Below, piece by piece: positions 42,802-55,700 of a DNA stretch of 64,000 bases (the stretch's first letter is position 1; each line of letters begins with the position of its first letter). Below the pieces are notes generated by a model. It was not told where the DNA came from. It did no database searches and worked only from the letters and a program-made list of their open reading frames with translations. Made by a program: the position numbers and the translations under genes. Origin of the DNA: Dimorphilus gyrociliatus. Taxonomy: Eukaryota > Animalia > Annelida. The stretch spans positions 248,001 to 312,000 of the forward strand of contig CAJFCJ010000010.1 of NCBI GenBank assembly GCA_904063045.1, given 5' to 3'.

Positions 42802-44099
42802 TTACATGTAGGATTGTAAATAATCAATATAGGATAAAGCTTCGTCATCTTGCATATGAAAAATTTTAATTTGTGACCGAGCACAAGCCACAATTCTGTC
42901 CCTTAATTTATCTTCTCTAATTAAAAGGCGGGCACACTCAACAAATTCATGAGGTGTATCATACAATAGTCCACTGTCGTTATTATTATTCATTCTTAAC
43001 AGATATCTGTTTGAGTCAATATTTCTGGCCAGGACAGGTGTCCCCAGAGCAAAAGCTTCTAAAATTGCACTGGCCATTCCTTCACTTTTTGAAGTGTTAA
43101 CCAAAGCGAAAGATTGTTTTATAGCACTCTTCGTTTCTTCATTTGTAAAGCCTTCGACGTGTATTACATAATCTTTACACCTCAGACAGTCTTTGAACTC
43201 TTTTCGGTATTGTTCTTCGATTATTGGTCCAAGGATGACGAGTAAGCACTCAGGGTATTCGTTGCGTAACTCGTCAAAAGAATTAACGATAAAAGTCTAT
43301 TTATGTGATTCCGACTTTTAATAAACAAACTTATAGAAAAAGCTATTATTATATCAGTAGTGTATATATAATAAATATTTTAAGCCTAGAAAGTTCGATA
43401 ACAAGAGAAATAAGCTATTATAAAAAAGAATTCTGGCTTTTTTTTATTTATGGTTCGTATTACTATTTTAATATTTTTTGCTATATGAATAAAGAAAATA
43501 GATAACATTTTCACTTTAATAGAACTACTGTATAAAAAAAGAACAGAATCACACACCTGATCTTTTATTCTTCTTACTCCGCCAACAATTAAGAAGATTT
43601 TTGAATCTTTATTAACTTGTATACTTTTAACTTTGTTTAAGTAGGTTTTCAAGTCAAAAAACTTGTCATGTGTTGCGTCAACAGCTTGAGGTATAGTGTG
43701 TATACTACTTTCATCTAAATTTGGCCATAATTTTAGAGCTTTTCTTTTCATAAAATCGGTAAAAGCAACGCAAAATTTACTTTGGTATATAACTTCATCA
43801 ACTTCAAAAGCTTTTTCTCCCTCTAATAAGTCCGTTCCACCGAATATTATACAATAAGGAAAAGTAATATTTCTTAAAAATTTACCAGATTTAAAAGCAT
43901 GTAAAGCTAAAATAAATGAGATCGAATTTTTATTCAAGAATTCGATTAGATTTTCTTTTGATGAGAATGAAGATCCATCTTTAACATAGCATATGCAATT
44001 TCGTCTTCTTAAACCTTCTGAAATGCGATAAATAGTTGTACAATTGCCAGATTTCTCTTTTAGAGGAGATATGAGCAAAAGACATAGCTTATTGTTCAT
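42802..44099 (-). CDS. GLT1D1: Glycosyltransferase 1 domain-containing protein 1 (GT-B fold), 2 exons
   Basis: LLLISPLKEKSGNCTTIYRI, ILALHAFKSG, YCIIFGGTD, VGGVRRIKD|, VNTSKSEGMASAILEAFALGTPVLARNI (GT4 E-x7-E motif). Confidence 0.88.
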
Positions 44100-44258
44100 T
44101 ATACAATGTCAAATGAAGACGTGGATATTATCATTGCTTTTAATAACGTGATAAAAAAAGGACATCGCAGTTTGGTTAGAGCCAATACGAATGCTATTCG
44201 ATTGTAGTGGATTGACATCAGAAAGGTCAAACAGTGGATGCGAAAAGCCGCCTAAAAG

Positions 44259-44960
44259 ATGGTTAACTTCCCTGATATAACACTTTTCCAATTAAGTGGG
44301 GCCTATTTGGGCGTACTTGGAGGAATATTTCACAATTGGTCGAACCGACGACCAATGTATGCCAGTAAGCTAATTATTAATATTATATTCTGAATTATCG
44401 CTCATAAAAACTTTTTTAAATTACCATTTAAGATGATTCAAATATCATAATATAGTATTATAAATATATTTCAGCTATAAGTTTTTTACCAATTGTATTA
44501 TTTTGCTGAAAGAAGAAACGTTTGACCTGCTTTTTTTTTCAGTTTAATTCTTACTATTTTTCCTTTTAAAATTATAATTCAAGCTATCTTTCCTGTTAAA
44601 AGTATTCGAAGTTTTATTAATTTCTTCCAAAAATTATTTTTGGGGGATTTATAAAATTGATAGTCTGTTTTTTCATTATTTGATATTTTAATCATTTTAA
44701 TATATTAATAACAAGTAAAATGTTCCACATAATTTTACTACATAGTTCTCGCTACTGAATAATAAGTACTTTTGTAATTAATAGGAGCACCTATGGTCTT
44801 TCTTGCTTCGGCAGCTGGTTTTGTTATAGCAACAAGCGCTCAGTCAATGTTGGAAAATCGTAGAATAACAAAGGAAAAGTATATTTTCGACTACATTAAT
44901 ACCCATCCTGAAGATTTTCCAGAGACAAGTAAGACTTATCATATATCTACGCTATATACA

Positions 44961-44996
<36 letters not shown>

Positions 44997-45115
44997 TTAT
45001 ATATACTCTATTTTTTAATTGTGATATTTGCTTAAATTGATTAAGGGGTGTTATATTTTTTACAGAACCAGAAAAATATAAAGAGGTTCTTGCTCCATGG
45101 AATCCTCAACGATAA
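44259..45115 (+). CDS. NDUFC2: NADH dehydrogenase subunit B14.5b (NDUFC2), 3 exons
   Basis: MVNFPDITLFQLSGAYLGVLGGIFHNWSNRRPMYA|RAPMVFLASAAGFVIATSAQSMLENRRITKEKYIFDYINTHPEDFPET|KPEKYKEVLAPWNPQR*. HPEDFP and the C-terminal pattern match NDUFC2. Confidence 0.88.
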
Positions 45116-46921
45116 AAATGAATGTTTAAGGAAAACTCATAGAATCAAATATTTTGATTCAAGTGTGTGAATTATCTGTGACTATATTCCCTCTATAATT
45201 GTTCGATATAAAACAAGATTCGTCCTTCAATAAAAAGGAATTAAAATGATACTTGAAATTCCATAATATTTTCTTTTCTCTCAGACGTTTACTCTGAAGG
45301 AAACTGAAGAATCACATATTACTCTTTAATACTTATACTAATAATTCAATTTACACAATTCTTGAGTACGAACTTGTTCGCTATAGAAAAAGGTCAATCA
45401 TCCGCCAGACGAATTCAACTGAGAAAGTTTACGTATCTAGTATATAATTTCAATATTTTCACAACAACTTTATACGTGTCAGAAGAAGGTAGATTTAATT
45501 ATAAGGCAGGCTTTATTAATGTTTGATTCGCTGTTTTCATTTATAAAAAAACTTCTAACTAAATTAATAGTTTCGTCTGCAATTTGTTGTCAGCATAATT
45601 AACTTTCTCTCTGTCATACTCCCTAATTCCTTTAATTTTTCTAACACAATTACATTCCATGTTCTAAGAGATGCAGTTTAATTTTTTCCGAAATTGTTTA
45701 GTCATTTATGATTCTACACTCAGCATCTTTAGAAAGAGAGACAAGTCGCTTCTTTTGATGAAAATTGAGTACAATTCAATGAATTCTCAAAGAAAGATAG
45801 GTTAATTAGTTAAATTTAGGTAAAAGAAAGAACAATAATAAGTATGTTACGCTTGATAACAATATATTAATGAATAATATAATTCTTTCGTTATTATAAG
45901 TAAAGTCACATGTTAAAATAAATTAACTAAATTGTTGAAAATAATTTGGATATAGTCATTCTAAATATTACTTTCTATTGAATAAGCTTATTTAAAATGC
46001 AAGAATGGAAGTGTTAACGTTTTTAGCATGAGTGATTTATCAAATTAACGCTTGAAATGTTTGAATAGAAATTTGAATGAAAATAATTACTATTTAAAAA
46101 AAAAGTATTTTATTAATTGCAAATGCTAATATAACATTTCAAATTCAATTAAATTAACTAAGGTTAATTTATTCGTGCTTTGTTACGCTTTAGCAGCTAT
46201 ATTACAGATTCTGAACAGAGAAAAACAATAACTGATTATAAAAGACTCTTTCTAACAGTTATATTTCTATTGTTTTATATGTAACTTTTTATTGACTTTT
46301 TTTTTATCTATGCATGACCATGTTACACTTATTCCCAAAAAAGAAAATTTTTAATGCTGGAAGTTGTCATAACTAAACGAAATAAATATTTGGGAGACCA
46401 TTCAATATGTCGCATTTATAGAAAGGCTTCTCAGCTCTACTCAGTTTTTTTCTTAACATTTCATTCATAATAGGTTCGTTTGAATGAATGTAAGCTCTCA
46501 TTCTAACGGTTTAGTATGGAACGTATTCAACTTCCGCCTGGCAGTCAGACATCGTTTGTGCGAAACCAGTGCCAGCCAATTGCGTCATAGCGTTCTAACA
46601 ATATGGCTGCTCGTTGAAAATTGGGGTTACATCAATTTACGCAATATTAGGACAGGTATAGTAATCATATATCACCCTAATTGCTTAGGGAGCAGCAAAT
46701 TTGATATCTTTAGAATTCTTACTATTTGCGTAATTATGCATCATAGATAAGGTCTAGAAGTTATTCAAATTAAAACTTACGTAATCATAGCCTATTTTAT
46801 TAGTTTTGTTATCAGAAATATTTCACCATCGCTTAGTCATTGAACATTGAAAATGTTGAACGAATATTCCAATTATTAATCCTCAAAATAGGGATAGAAT
46901 AAACTAAGCATTAGGCCTATT

Positions 46922-48783
46922 ATGAGTCAAGACGCAGAGTTACCATCGGATAAAACCTCGGAAAAGCAGGTTGCAGTTTACGTAAGAATATACTTTAAAT
47001 AAAAACTTTTGACACTTCAAAATTGACATTGATTAATTTTATAATCGACAGATAATGAAATTGTTGATAAGAAATATAGCATTGGAAAAGAAATTGTATT
47101 CATTAAATTCTGACGGAATATTAGAAGACATTACCCCCAATGAAGCATTAACTTATTTACCAGACTCTATAAAGCCATATCTAATTCATTATTTATTCGA
47201 AGAAAATGGCCAGGAGAAAAAGCCCAAGCCAAGGGATGAAAGAGAAATGACTGGTAATATACTTTAAGCTAATTTGTTCATGTGACCAAGATGTAAAATT
47301 AAATCTTTCTTTTCGTAAATTTATTTTTATACTACTTTTAAAATTCATTCGATTGAAATATTTGAGTTTCAACCTTAAAAGCGAAAGAACATAAGTGATG
47401 GTTTAGGAAAGAGAGAAAGAAAGAAGGTAGACAAAAAAAACCAGACTGATTGAGAGATGGAGTGGGTATAAAATAGCGAAAAGAGAGAGAGAGAGAGAGA
47501 GAATAGAATGAAATTATAGAAATGTATCTGTAGTCTTTAATAAAAAAAAGATAAAGTGTTAAGACGTAATTTTTATATTATGTAATACCTATTTATACGC
47601 TTCCGATAAGTATGTCAGTTTGTTGTTACTATTATATTTATTAAATATCGAAATATGTTTATGCTATTAAAAATTACTCCTGTAACTGAAAACAAGCAGT
47701 AAATAACCGCTGGGAAATATTTTTTTTAAAGTACCTTTTACATTTTATTTAAACTTAACCTTTCAATTGGATTATTATGTAATAATACTTTTTTTTCATG
47801 GAATTTAGATTAAAATTTAAATTTAGATCTGAGAAAGAAACCGAATAAATGATCCAATATTTCATTAACTCAAGGTCTTAGAGTTGACATTTTTTCTTAA
47901 TTAACTTTCTAAATAACGTTTGCCCAACGTCTGGTGAATTCTTGTATGTAATTCTACGTGCTGATAGTTATTTTGAGTACTAATTCTGTTCACATGAGCA
48001 GGCAATTACCATTCATCTGTCAACCATTCATGTGAAATTATAAATATATTATTTCTATATTTTTCTCACAGATACTTCTTTTCTTTATTTTTTTTTTATA
48101 TTCACGTCATAATCAACCAATGAAACTTGATTTCAGGTTTAGAATTAGAAGCGGCCGAATGCTTAACTACTCTATTGACTAGTAGGATAAATGATCAAAA
48201 TCGCCAACAATTGCAAACAAAGATAAAAACTGAAACAAACAATACTGAAACTATTCTATCTGTACCAAAACCTTCAACTTCTTCAGTAAAATCAAGAGAA
48301 GGGACCAGTGACGGTGGAGAGGAAAACGAAAATATGCAGAGAAAATACTTAGATAGAAGAGCAAAAAACAATTTCGCCGCAAGAAAATGTCGAGAAAAGA
48401 AACGAATGGAGAATGCAAAAAGACAGCAGCAAAATTCGAATTTAGCCTATGAAAATGCAAAATTAAAAGCTGAGTTACAGGTACTTTTAATTCAAACTAT
48501 ATTAAGATAATAATAAGGCTAATTGTATTTTAATTATGTATTTGAATAGGTTCTAGAGGATGAGTATGAATCTTTAAAAGACTTAATACAGAAGAAGAGA
48601 TTGGCTAAAGAAAGAGGTGAAGAATTTCATTTACCACCCCCAATTGCCGAACAGTATTCGGAATGGAAGAAACAAAATGAGGAAATTAATATGGGAAAAT
48701 CAAAAGAAAGTATTGCTAGCTCAGATAACAGTGCTTATGACAGCTCAGACGAAGATGGCAAATTGGTTGTTGATACATCATAA
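46922..48783 (+). CDS. bZIP transcription factor, PAR/NFIL3/C-EBP-like basic region; first exon tentative
   Basis: KYLDRRAKNNFAARKCREKKR followed by zipper LAYENAKLKAELQ|VLEDEYESLKDLI. Exons about 46922-46981, 47052-47253, 48138-48480 and 48550-48783 join in frame. Confidence 0.8.
47482..47502. repeat. (GA)n microsatellite just after a TATAAAA (47467-47473) in a bZIP intron
   Basis: Direct reading. Confidence 0.9.
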
Positions 48784-49131
48784 AATATTGGATAATTTAA
48801 TTTTGTATCCTTTCTCAAACTGCCCTCAGCCATCTCTATTATGAGTACTTTGTTTTTTTCGGAAAGCATAAAAAAGTGTGCTTATTTTTCTATTGTAAAA
48901 AGAGTGAAAATATAACTTCTTTATATGTAATTTACTACTCTTCTATACTTAATCATATATATGCCGGCAAAGGTATATAGGTATATAAGTATTGTATATT
49001 GTTAAGTGAGGTTAACATTTTATAAATAATCTTTTTCTGTCTAAAATATAATGAAAAAAGAAAAGATAAAATTGCTTCTTTTTTTTTGTCCGTAATTTGA
49101 GAGGAAAAGAGAAAACAATATCTTAAGCTAT

Positions 49132-49506
49132 TCAACAATGAGTTGTTAATTCAGCACCGTCTCTTTCTTTAGTCCTTAGTAAAGTACCATCAAGATCGTT
49201 AGACCTTCTACGTAAAAAACAACAAGCGAATCCAAAAGACGTTAGAAGTACGCCCAGTATTGCTGAGCAACCACCCATAATCCTCCAGATTAATAACGGA
49301 CTGCCAACAGCAACAAGAAGGCTGACAAGACCCAATATAGTCAACATAGCTCCGAAGGATATTTGAACAATTGGTATCCGATAGATGGCACAGCATTTCA
49401 AACGTTTAATCGAACGTCCACCTTGGCCTCCTGCACTTCTAATAGGAGAGGCTCGCCTCCTGCCAGGTTTTCCAAGGCTTGAAAAGACTATTTTGTTGCT
49501 ACTCAT
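49132..49506 (-). CDS. 124-aa two-TM membrane protein, PIRT/TMEM100-like
   Basis: Intronless ORF with two hydrophobic helices, basic N-terminus and post-TM2 RRR. IYRIPIVQISFGA resembles PIRT IYRKPIVIMSVGG (from memory). Confidence 0.7.
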   Translation of the reverse strand: MSSNKIVFSSLGKPGRRRASPIRSAGGQGGRSIKRLKCCAIYRIPIVQISFGAMLTILGLVSLLVAVGSPLLIWRIMGGCSAILGVLLTSFGFACCFLRRRSNDLDGTLLRTKERDGAELTTHC

Positions 49507-51558
49507 TAAATTTAAGTAGGCTGGTCAAATACCAACGGTCTCCTTAATTAACCGTTGTATAATTATGGAAAATAAGTGTTTGTACAAGGCCAATTTACTT
49601 CTGTTATAAAATGCTTAAGGCTCTTTTAAAGGGAACTGAGAGAAGCTGAAACTCAAAAATACATGTGTTATCGATTATCGTAGAATATATACTTTTATTT
49701 AATGCATACGAAAAGAAAATGACAAATATTTTAAGCCTATTAAAGGGTCTAAGCTGAGCAGAGAGAATTATTGTCAATACCATGAAATTATTTTTGCTAA
49801 CGGATACGGGATAAAACCTTCGATGGATGTAACTGATTCTTTTAGTCAATGATAGACATACCAACACATAATGATATATTTCCTTTATCGGCGTATCTCA
49901 CTCCTAACTACCGGATGATAGGGTTATAATTGAAAGTTTACACGAATATTTTAGTCAATATGAGTTTTGTATAATTGGAAATATATAAATAAAAAAGCAT
50001 AAAATCTCTTCCTAAAAAGAGATACGTGAGAAAGAAAGTGGAATTTAATTTTCGCTGTATTTCGATCACGATTGCGTAATAGCTATTTTCCTCAAACTCC
50101 ATCCTCATATAGTTGACCGGGATAAAAGAAACAATCAATTCCTTGTTATTTGACTAAAGGTACGACAATTTATATAAATGGGCCTATTTTGGCGTACAAA
50201 TTTTCTCTTAGAAAAAAAGGGCATAGACAACATACTGCTATCTTTCTAAAAAGAGGAAATAGTAAAGATCGGAAAACGGAGAAAATGATTGCGATATTTT
50301 GAAATATCTCGTCACTCGAAAAGATGCATAGCACTAATAAAAAATACGTACTTCGAATAAAAAATAACAATTCTCCTAGCCGGATTGCCAACCGCGACTA
50401 ACTGAGTAAAGAGATGCTCACAAGACGGCGTGTTTTCTCTGAACGGATTAGCGTTCGTAGTTTATCCAAACTCTTTTGTCGTAAAAAGTAGAAGAAAAAC
50501 AAACTTATTCCCGGGATAGTAGAGCGTCATTGTTCTTGCAGTCTATCTTACAGCATCTAAAGCGACGCCTAGTTATAGAATCTCTGCCGGAAGTGTATAG
50601 GTTATCTTTGTTATATGAAATATTTATTCAAATTGAGTGCGATTTCATTTTCAATTGTTTTCTTTTCCACAAATTGATGAATGAACAATTGATATACTTC
50701 CTTCTCCTTTATACTACACTTCTTATACGATACATAAACAAAATAAAACGTTTTCGTACAATGTCCATTTTAAATATTTACAACATTTGTTTATTTATTT
50801 ATAAATGAGATTGGCTAAATTCAACTGCAATCTCCGCAGGGCCTGCAATAGGCCTGCATCGTTATTATTCATAAGCATCACTATTTGACGCATTAAAAGA
50901 TTGCACGAGAATCTCTGAAGGAAGAGAAATCTATGATTACTGTTTGGAAACTTTTATCTTTTCGATTCCTATTCTTCTTTTCGGAAGCGATAAAAAAAAA
51001 ATTTTCGTACAACCTTTGGCTAATGAATATTAAAGGATTTTTAAACTCTACAGTACATTTGCTTTTTCTAAATAGAATAAATCAGGTGAAAAAATTGACA
51101 TTATTCCTAAATCTGTGACCCTTTTTTAAAAAACTGAAAAATCTGTCGCCTTTAAGGCTAGTAACATTTTCTAGACGCATTCCTTAAGGCAAAGCCATTT
51201 GAAGTTCTGTCGGAGCGTCCTTTATAAAGCATAGGCCGAAAGCTGAAGGCAAACGAAACGTTGCTGTAATAAGCTATTATATTTTATAGCTAATAGCTAA
51301 CAGAAATGTGATAGGCCGATTGTGAACAATCTTTTATATAAGACTTTGCTTAAGCATCTCCTCAATTATTTTCTTAAATTTCCAGTAATTTTAAACGTTT
51401 TCCAAATATGTTTTCTTTTCCTTTTATTAGAGCTTAAATTGATTGAGGAAATCTATCTTCTTCCTTTTTACGCATTTTTCCCCATCATTTCATTCTAGTT
51501 TAGTATAACATTAGAAAGTTGACTAATATATTCATCAAAAGGAGATAGATAGAGTAAA

Positions 51559-51582
51559 AGAGAGAGAGAGAGAGAGAGAGAG
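51559..51582. repeat. (GA)n microsatellite
   Basis: Direct reading. Confidence 0.9.
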
Positions 51583-52764
51583 AAAGAAAGAGTGGGGAAT
51601 ACTTAGATTTATACAATTTGTTAAAGTAAAAACTGGTAAAAGAAAAAAGCAAAGGCATGTAAGGGGAACATGGGAAAACTCTTAGGAATTAATCATCCAA
51701 ATAGGTTGGCTAAATTTCTACTGTATGAGTGAATATGGAAAAAGAGTTAACAATTATTCCTTAAGAATAATTTTATTTCTTTAAATTAAAATCTCTGATC
51801 AATTGATTTCTTTAATATTTTAAATAAATATATTTCTTTACCTATTAATATTTCATCTTTTCATTTCTTTGAATTAAATAGAGAAGTATCCGCATATGTT
51901 TGGTAAAAAGTTAGACTCACGTCTAAGAAACGCGCTAAGAAATCGTAACTAGATTGCAAATTGAATAAAATATTTTATTTCGTATGTCTTCGAATGAAAG
52001 AAGTCTGAAAATGTCCGATTTGATTCTCATTCACAATGTCTTGTTATCGGATTTCACTATCAATCAGGAGAAAATTGCTAAATAGACTCAGTAGAGCCAT
52101 CTACAGTAGGTGTGCGGATGAAGGCTGACGAGAACCATCTATCGGGGCGGGAGATGACACGGTGAGGGAAACACTACCTAATTTTCTTTCTTTTTACTTT
52201 GTTCTCTTACCAAACGGCAATAATTAGGAAAATAAAATATCTTGCTGTAATCCTGTGAGTAGAAAACAATCTATTGATCTCTTTTACATCTTTACTTTGG
52301 CATTAATTGTATCTGCTAATGGAACACACAAGAGCACGCATCAAAGAAGTTCTAACCTTGAGGAAATAAAACTGTTTTTTTTTTTGCCATTAGCCTAATC
52401 CAAACAATTAATTAAATTTATTTAAGGTATCGCTTGTCCTCTCCAACCAGCACAAAGCAAGATATACTAGATCATAAATTAATATACGGTCATAAAAAGT
52501 ATTCTATTAGCTTAGTAAAAAGCTTATGAAGTATGTAAAATTTATATATAAAATCAATTGATACATTATGAAATTAACAGATATTGATTGTAGTAAATAA
52601 ATCTCTCCACCATAAAAAAATCACAGATGACATTAGCAAAATCATTTGGTCCTCTTCTCCACTTTTTTACCTAGCAATATGAACACAATTTTATGAAACA
52701 TATTAAATAAAAATGTAACGTGAAATAAACGATTATTTGTTTAACAATAGCATAGCATTTGTGT

Positions 52765-55700
52765 TTAAGAATATCCAGTCCATCTATGGAAGTATCCACT
52801 CCAAGCAGTATCTGCGGCAGCTTTAGATTCAGTTTCTGAACCTATAGAATATTCGTTGTTACTTAAAGACTTATATACAGAATCAGCTCTTACCCGATGC
52901 GACTTTATTTAGTAGATTTTTCTCATCTACGCTCAACTTTAACATGGTATGTAAAACAGGGACCAATTGCTGTCTTTCATCACCATTTTTAATTGTTACA
53001 AACTATTCAAAATTCAAATAAAACACAATTAATTATTGAATTATTATGTTTCATTAAAAGAAAGTAAACCTTAAAAATAATGTTCTTTAAATATTCCATA
53101 TTTGAGACGGAATTTTCGCGTTCTTGATTTCTTTCTAATCGACGAATTTCTTCTTTTAAGAATCTAGTTTGCTCAGAAAGTCTGGCAGAAGTCGCTTCGC
53201 TCTCATTCAAAAGCTAAGGCAGGTATAATTTAAAATCATGTTAAATAGGAATTAGATAGAATTTAGTATATAAACAATAAACCTCGCTAAGATGTTCCAC
53301 TTTCTTTTGCGATGTTGTTAATTTTGTCTTTAGTATTCCTTCATCTTCATATTCGAATATTTCTATATCAATCATATAAAGGTTATATTATTTCATGGCT
53401 TTTATTACGTACTAGGCGTATAGGTTACAAAAAGGTTAGAAACTCTATTTACTAACCACTTGGGGGCCTCGAATCGATCGGGGAGTTTAGTAGTTGTTCG
53501 AAAGACGAAAAATTTCTTTTTTCTTTTCTTTCAATTTCTTTATATTCCATTCCTTCAGCGCTTGGTCTCTCAACTTGCCTGGGATCGTTCAATATGTCTG
53601 TTATTTGCTCTTTAACGGTGATTTGAGATCCATCAGCTAATAGGTTCCTAACTTTGTGTAGTTCTGTTTGAATTTGTTTATTCTCCGAATGTGAATTATC
53701 CAATTGCTGTTGTAACATGCAAAGAGCCTTTCTATGTTCATCTTGAACACTTTTCATTTGATCTTTAAAAGTTTTCGAAAGGTTTTCATTCTGAACTGTT
53801 AATTGTTTAACTGATTCGAAATGCTCATTCTTTGACTGTTGCAGATCTTCAAATCTGTATTTAAAAGATAACAGTGAGATCATAAGGCATATGTTTAAAA
53901 ATCACGACAAAGACTAAGACAACGAGGGAGAAAAATGAATTCCACTTCTAAATCAAATATTACAAATTTTTCAACATCAACTACCCTTAGTTGGGTTAAT
54001 AATAATGTAATAAATATAGTAATATTTAGCCTTGGTGAATATAATTGTAGTTAATGCTTAAAATTAATTATTTCTTTTTTAAATTAGAATAATAGAACTA
54101 CAGTTTTTATAGAAACTATTAAAGATACGAATAGTTTTACAACTTTTTCTAACATACAAGAAATATCTACAAATGCTATAAATCTTTCTAAATTTGAACA
54201 TTTTGAAACTACAATCTCAATAGATAAAATTTTAAAAGGAGATAGTAATGATGAATATTTTACAGTATATACTCTAATATTCACGGCCGTTCCTATCACT
54301 TTAATATGCATTTTGACAATATTAGTTTGCATTAGGTGAGATATTTAAGTGTTTAATTATTTAAAATGTTATTAATCAGAGAGAAGTTTATAAATTAGAA
54401 TGTGGATGGTTAATAAAAGTAAGGATATAGAATCAGAATTTAACGATACTAAAAGAAAAAAGTTAGTTAGAGAAAGATTATTACGTTTAAAAGATGGTTC
54501 TGATGTATCTGACAATTTAAACGATTATATAAGTCAATATAGTTTAAATACTGCTTTAAGAAGCATAGAATCTAAATTACAAGTTGAGAATCAAGACATA
54601 AATACGACATATTTATGTAATATTATTGATGACAATTCGGAGGAGAGGCAGGGTGTAATATTTGATTCGAATACCGATGAAATAGCCGATGTTTTAAAGA
54701 TGATTGCATAAAATTTTATAAAGGAAAAAAATTACCTTTCTCTGAATTCTGTTTCTTTAGTTTTAAGATCTCGTTGTAATTTATTATTTCGCTGCATTAT
54801 TCTTCTGTTTTCATCTTCGAGATGTTCACTTTCTGACTGAACAGTCATTATTTGCTCTCTGTTAATAAATAAATAATAAATTATACATTATTCTCTTCAA
54901 GGTAGCTAAATGAACAGATAATTACTTTAATTCTCTAACTTTAGCCCTCAAATTTTCAACATTTGATTCTAGATTTGATTTTTCTTCTTTTAACTCTTCC
55001 ATTTTAGTCTGAAACGCTGTATCTGGTTTCGATTGCCTAGTTAACACACTTTTTACCTTGACTTTGTAACTTTCATATTCTGATTGAACAGTTTCAAGCT
55101 CATTCTTACTTAATTCCAAATCTTCATTCAAATGTCTCATTCGGGATTCCAATGATTTGATTGTCTTTTGTAACTGTTCGTTAGACTTTTCAAGTCTATC
55201 TTCTATTTTTTGTTTGGCAGACAATGAGTTTGATAAATCCAATTTACTCTTTTCGTTTTGGCTCACTAATCTTTCAACGTCTATTTGGAGTTCAGCCTCT
55301 CTTTTTTTCAAGTTCATTTCCGACTGTCTAGAATCAGTTAACTCTTTTTTGATTTTTTTTAGTAACTGCTTCAATTTTAACATTCTGTCCTCTGCTGATT
55401 TTGTCTGACTTTCAGAGCTCTCTATTTCCTTTTTTAGTGACTCTACCAAAGATTCTCGCCTTTCAACTTCCGCTTGTAAATTTTCATTCTCTTTTACCTT
55501 CTCTTCGATAGATTTGTTTAGTGTTTCAATAGTTCTTTCATAATCAGCGAATTCCAAATCTAGCATAGAATTCTTGCTGGCTACTTTCTTTAACGAAACG
55601 ATTTCATTGGCATAATCTTCTCGAGTTTTTTGTAATTCATTCTTTTCTTTTTCCATGCTGGATAATTGACCTTTAAGGGTAATAACTTCATTATTAACTT

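Noticed and set aside
50199-50216. GGGCCTATTT(T/G)GGCGTAC also present near 44300
   Set aside because: Only two copies, one inside NDUFC2 coding sequence; treated as chance.
51230-51270. GGCCGAAAG...CGAAAC resembles a hammerhead ribozyme stem II
   Set aside because: The CUGAUGA core is absent.
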